Shown here in pieces: positions 59,960-64,000 of a stretch of 64,000 nt of DNA. The stretch is from Lingula anatina. Its lineage: Eukaryota; Animalia; Brachiopoda. The stretch covers positions 8,928,001 to 8,992,000 of the forward strand of contig CM120643.1 in NCBI GenBank assembly GCA_051362555.1, given 5' to 3'. The notes beneath the pieces are model-generated. The model saw only the letters and a program-made list of their open reading frames with translations, was not told the origin of the DNA and ran no database searches. Position 1 is the stretch's first letter. Each line of letters starts with the position of its first letter. The position numbers and the translations under genes were made by a program.

Positions 59960-60663
59960 GTTAGTTCTTTTTTTCTACATAATGTCTCCTTTTGTATTTA
60001 TATGAATATATATAAATATCTTGCTTTTGATGTGTACTTCTGTATTTATATGAATATATATATATATATTTTTGCTTTTGGTGCAGTTTATGTGGAAAAC
60101 ATGGGATGTGATTTTGTTTCTCGATTAGAGAAATTAAGAAAGGAATAAATACCTACTAAACTGAAATAAATTTAAGGATTAGCCTTAATTAAGACTCTTG
60201 GATAAGTAAACACTTCAGTGAAAATATAAGAGACTTTTTAGTCAATCAACCAAGTCCCTGACAATTAGAATTTCAATATAAAACAGGGGAAAACAGCAAA
60301 ATTAAAAAGAAAAGTCATTTTGAAATATTTTTAAGTTTTACAGAGCTGATTCGGTGTCCTTCCACTTTACAATTTTTTTTTGTAACCAAATACCTATATT
60401 TTAATAATTTTTTTTTTTTTTAGGGTTTTACTATTTATTGAAAACCAAGGGATACTCAGTTCAACGCAAGAGCAATCAAACAGCAGCAATCATATGTGCA
60501 GAAAAATTGAAAAGGGCCAATGATATTGCCATGATATTTTTACTCAGTACACTTGGAAGTCTTTCAGCATCACCTGATAGGGACAGTCATAGTGAATGGC
60601 TAGGAATTGCAAGTAACTCACAGAAATATAAAGTGTGCATATAGTATCCCCTCAAATGTCATT

Positions 60664-60954
60664 CAGGCCTACCCAACTACCAGACTCGACACCAAATGAC
60701 CCTGAATTCACCGGTAGATCTGACCACACTACCCATTTTTAAGGTGTGCATCAGTATGCACTTCGAAGTATCAGACGCGACACCGCTCTTGCCTAGTACG
60801 CGATGTGATAGTGATGATTCTCAGCAGGATCACATCTCAAAATTTGTTCCGGGGTATGATACTGTGAAATGAGTACTGAAAACGGGTAGTGTGGTCCAAT
60901 CTACCAGTGAATTCAGGATCATTCGGTGCCGAGTCTGGTAGTTGGGAAGGCCAG
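60664..60954. mobile_element. 291-bp MITE with ~75-bp TIRs and a 5-bp TSD
   Basis: Ends read CAGGCCTACCCAACTACCAGACTCG and CGAGTCTGGTAGTTGGGAAGGCCAG, with TCATT on both sides. Confidence 0.85.
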
Positions 60955-63900
60955 TCATTGTAATTGAGTTAAGTTACACATTTTGTTCAGCAGCTGAGAT
61001 ATGAGATTTGAATTTTTAAAAAATTTTACTCATCTTTAATTACTGTATTCAAGTGTCATAACAGTAGTTCAGACGATAGACGAACAGTGGTTCAGACGAT
61101 AGAGGTATTAGATCTAATCCTCTTTCTTAAACTTAATTATAGCCTGCAGAGATGGAACAGTATTTAGTTAGACAGTCGTGATGGACTGAAGCTGGGACTT
61201 AAATATAAATTATTGTGACCAGTTGGAATATTGTCAATACTAACTGGCAATTTTTTCAGTGCACTTTTATTACAACTGGGAAATGGGTCTTTGCCCAAGA
61301 AGAGATTTTATTCTAAGAATTTGGGTTTTATTTGCTGTAGAAACAAGTTTTAGCAACCAGATGGCGGTTAGGAGATTTTTATTTGTATAGTTGATGTAGG
61401 GAATTTCTAAATTTTGGAAATATGTATAAATTATTGTACAGAACCACAACTAGGCTATAACATAAAAATCATAGGTGATATTTCAATATATTATACGTGA
61501 AATAACACGCAAAGCATAGGACTGAGAAGGGTTAAAAAATCACACACTTTAATGAAGCCTTTCAGTGCTCATTACCTACTTTTATATTATCAGAGAGAAT
61601 CTCATGTAAAGCACAATAAAGCGTGAACACACTTGGCAACCATCCTGGGCCTGAGAATCACAGCACCAGTATGTGCTCTTTATGCAGACATTGAGCATTT
61701 TCCGTGGAATTCCCTGTTTTATATTTGATTCTGATGGTTCCTGAGATTAGTCCTGAGATTCGTCAAGGGTCCCATGATAAATGTTCAGAATTTTTTATTT
61801 ATTTATTTATTTTTTATTTTTGAAACCTAGGCTCATGTGTGTTTATGGCAGTATATGTGAAGAGTAACATGGCAACTTGTAGTGCATTGAAACCCAGGGT
61901 GCCACTGTGAACTTGGTTATTTTGTTAGAGGAAAATATCAATAACAACTGAGCAATCTTTATAGAAAACTTGGTGTACATTTTGAAAATGTATGTTCAAT
62001 TAAGTACCTCCTTTTTTGTATTGTTGGATTTTACTTCAAACTTATGGAAAGTTAACATTTGTATATTTTACGTTTGGTCATAATATTTCAATTTCAGAAG
62101 TAAAATATTGAATAGACCATTAATAATGGTGCCTAATTACCTAAAGATGTTAATGAAGAATCTATTTTATTGTGCATACATGCATTAAAACATTTTAAAG
62201 CTTAAAAGCACATCTGCATTTAGTTACAAAATACTTGTCTGAAAAAACTTGCAAATTAAGAATTATGTATATATGAATACAAACATGATATGTCTTTGTT
62301 GTACCTTTAACGCTGATCTTCCAGATTTATTTTTAGAAATGGTGTTATGCTGTATTTTATGTATTACCTCGTACATATATTTTTTTTATTGATGATGTAT
62401 GTATGATACCCTTTTGGATGATAAATAAACGTGAGTGAAACTGATTTTTTTTTATACCGAGTTGATTGTGTTTTCAGTGGTGGATACACGTGTCAAGGGG
62501 GAGCTGAATTAAGTGTCTGGTTTCCAGTTTCTTTAATAAAAACTAACCTGGAAATTAACCAAAAACTTGTCGTTTTTCAAAAAACGCACCTGGCAACTAA
62601 GAACTGGTTTCGTTTTTAAAAACGATTCCGGTGTTTCATTATCTGAAGTTATCTGATGAAATAAGTCCGTACGGTGCATGAATGTTTGTTTCTTTTCAAT
62701 TTGGTTAAAATACCAGCACTTGGCCGATTTTGATAGTTTATCGATTCACTTTCCATCTTGATATTTAATTAACATTGTACCATATTTTAACAGATTACTC
62801 ACCCACATTGACTATCCATCTTGTATGCTTTTGACAAAGCTGAGCAGTAAATGTTCAGAGTAGTATAATCTTTATATCCATGACATTTACCCTAGATTCC
62901 CGTATTGCCAGCTCGATCTTGATTTCATATATAACCCATAGTAGCAATACCAGGGTCTAGCGAACAGCAGCAACTCGGGGGCGTTCTTCTTCAAAATTCT
63001 TCCTGGGGCGCTTCCATATTTGGAAGTCACACGTCACAGCTGTGTCCGCCTGGATCCATATTTGGAAGTCATAAGTCTCGTACATCAGGTTTGGCCGCCT
63101 GGAGCTGCCTTTCCTGCCTTGCGCTGAATTTTCGTGCAGGCGAGACAAGAAGCAATTAAAGTGCCTGACGCGGAGTTAGAAGTTTGAATTGAAAATATCT
63201 TGCAGTCGAAGGTCAGTGCCACAATACAGGCAACATTCTGCTGTAAAAACTTATTTTCGTGTAGCCATTGCGCAGCCCTTATAGTGGTATCGGGCACGCA
63301 GTGTAGCTGTCAAATTTGGCACACGGCAAGCACGTGTATTGTGCACGTGTATATCTCAGAACTAAATGTTCTTTGATAAGCAAAAAATACAAAAACATTG
63401 GATATATCTTTTCTTTCCGAAGCATATTATTTATTTTTTCACTTTACATCTTAAATACAGCAAATAAAATTAAATAAAGCAGAATTAAATTTGTTTTACG
63501 TTTTATTTTGGTCTAATGACATTCAACTGCAGATTCACTGCGGAGCAGTTCTATTTGATTGACGGAAACCTAACATGGCCGCTGGTCTTCAGTGCTAGTA
63601 AAAGCGACTCCACCACAAGGTATATTTAGCAAGCTAGCTTTTACGTTGCTCTGACACTCAGGGTATGACATTGTAAAATCACATAAATTTTTAATTTCAA
63701 ATTCAATTTTTCCTTAGGTGTCCAAGCTACACCAACTATCCATCATATTGCTCTCTACAAACAGTACATTAGCTTATTCATCAATCTTCTCATTAGCATA
63801 TTTATTGACATACCAGTTAAGATATTCATTAATGTTATATGTAAAATTCTCGTATGACTATTAAGATCCAGAGAGAGAGCATGCATATTTGGGTAGATTT

Positions 63901-64000
63901 AAACATTTCATTGCTCTCATTGAAGACTAACAGAATTTTTTTAAAGTTGTGATTATTGAATTGACTTTGGAAAAGTGTAGGCTTGGTTGGCTCTTTCTGA

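Noticed and set aside
1-64000. tRNA, rRNA or snRNA genes
   Set aside because: None recognised by eye; a tRNAscan-SE or Infernal run would be needed to exclude them.

Overview
AT-rich, intron-containing animal DNA, probably invertebrate; the taxon cannot be fixed from the sequence. I reconstructed seven protein-coding genes by hand. (1) A 14-exon TMX3 on the minus strand (836-24033). (2) An antisense angiopoietin-like/fibrinogen-related gene nested in the 16-kb TMX3 intron, which also holds a decayed ISL2EU-type transposon. (3) PFDN4, head-to-head with TMX3 and carrying a U12-type AT-AC intron. (4) An unrecognised 4-exon, 145-aa gene that the ORF track misses. (5) An intronless ureidoglycolate-lyase-like gene. 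(6) An intronless 1845-aa pyruvate:NADP+ oxidoreductase (PFO fused to a cytochrome-P450-reductase-like module) with a mitochondrial-type presequence and apparent spliced 5'UTR exons. (7) A 231-aa chromodomain protein ending in a tail-anchor transmembrane helix. The two strongest leads are the PNO, an anaerobic protist-type enzyme integrated in an animal chromosome, and the membrane-anchored chromodomain protein, a candidate heterochromatin-to-nuclear-envelope tether. Many MITEs are present, including several unrelated elements with 5-bp target-site duplications. All exon boundaries and family calls were made by eye, without database searches.
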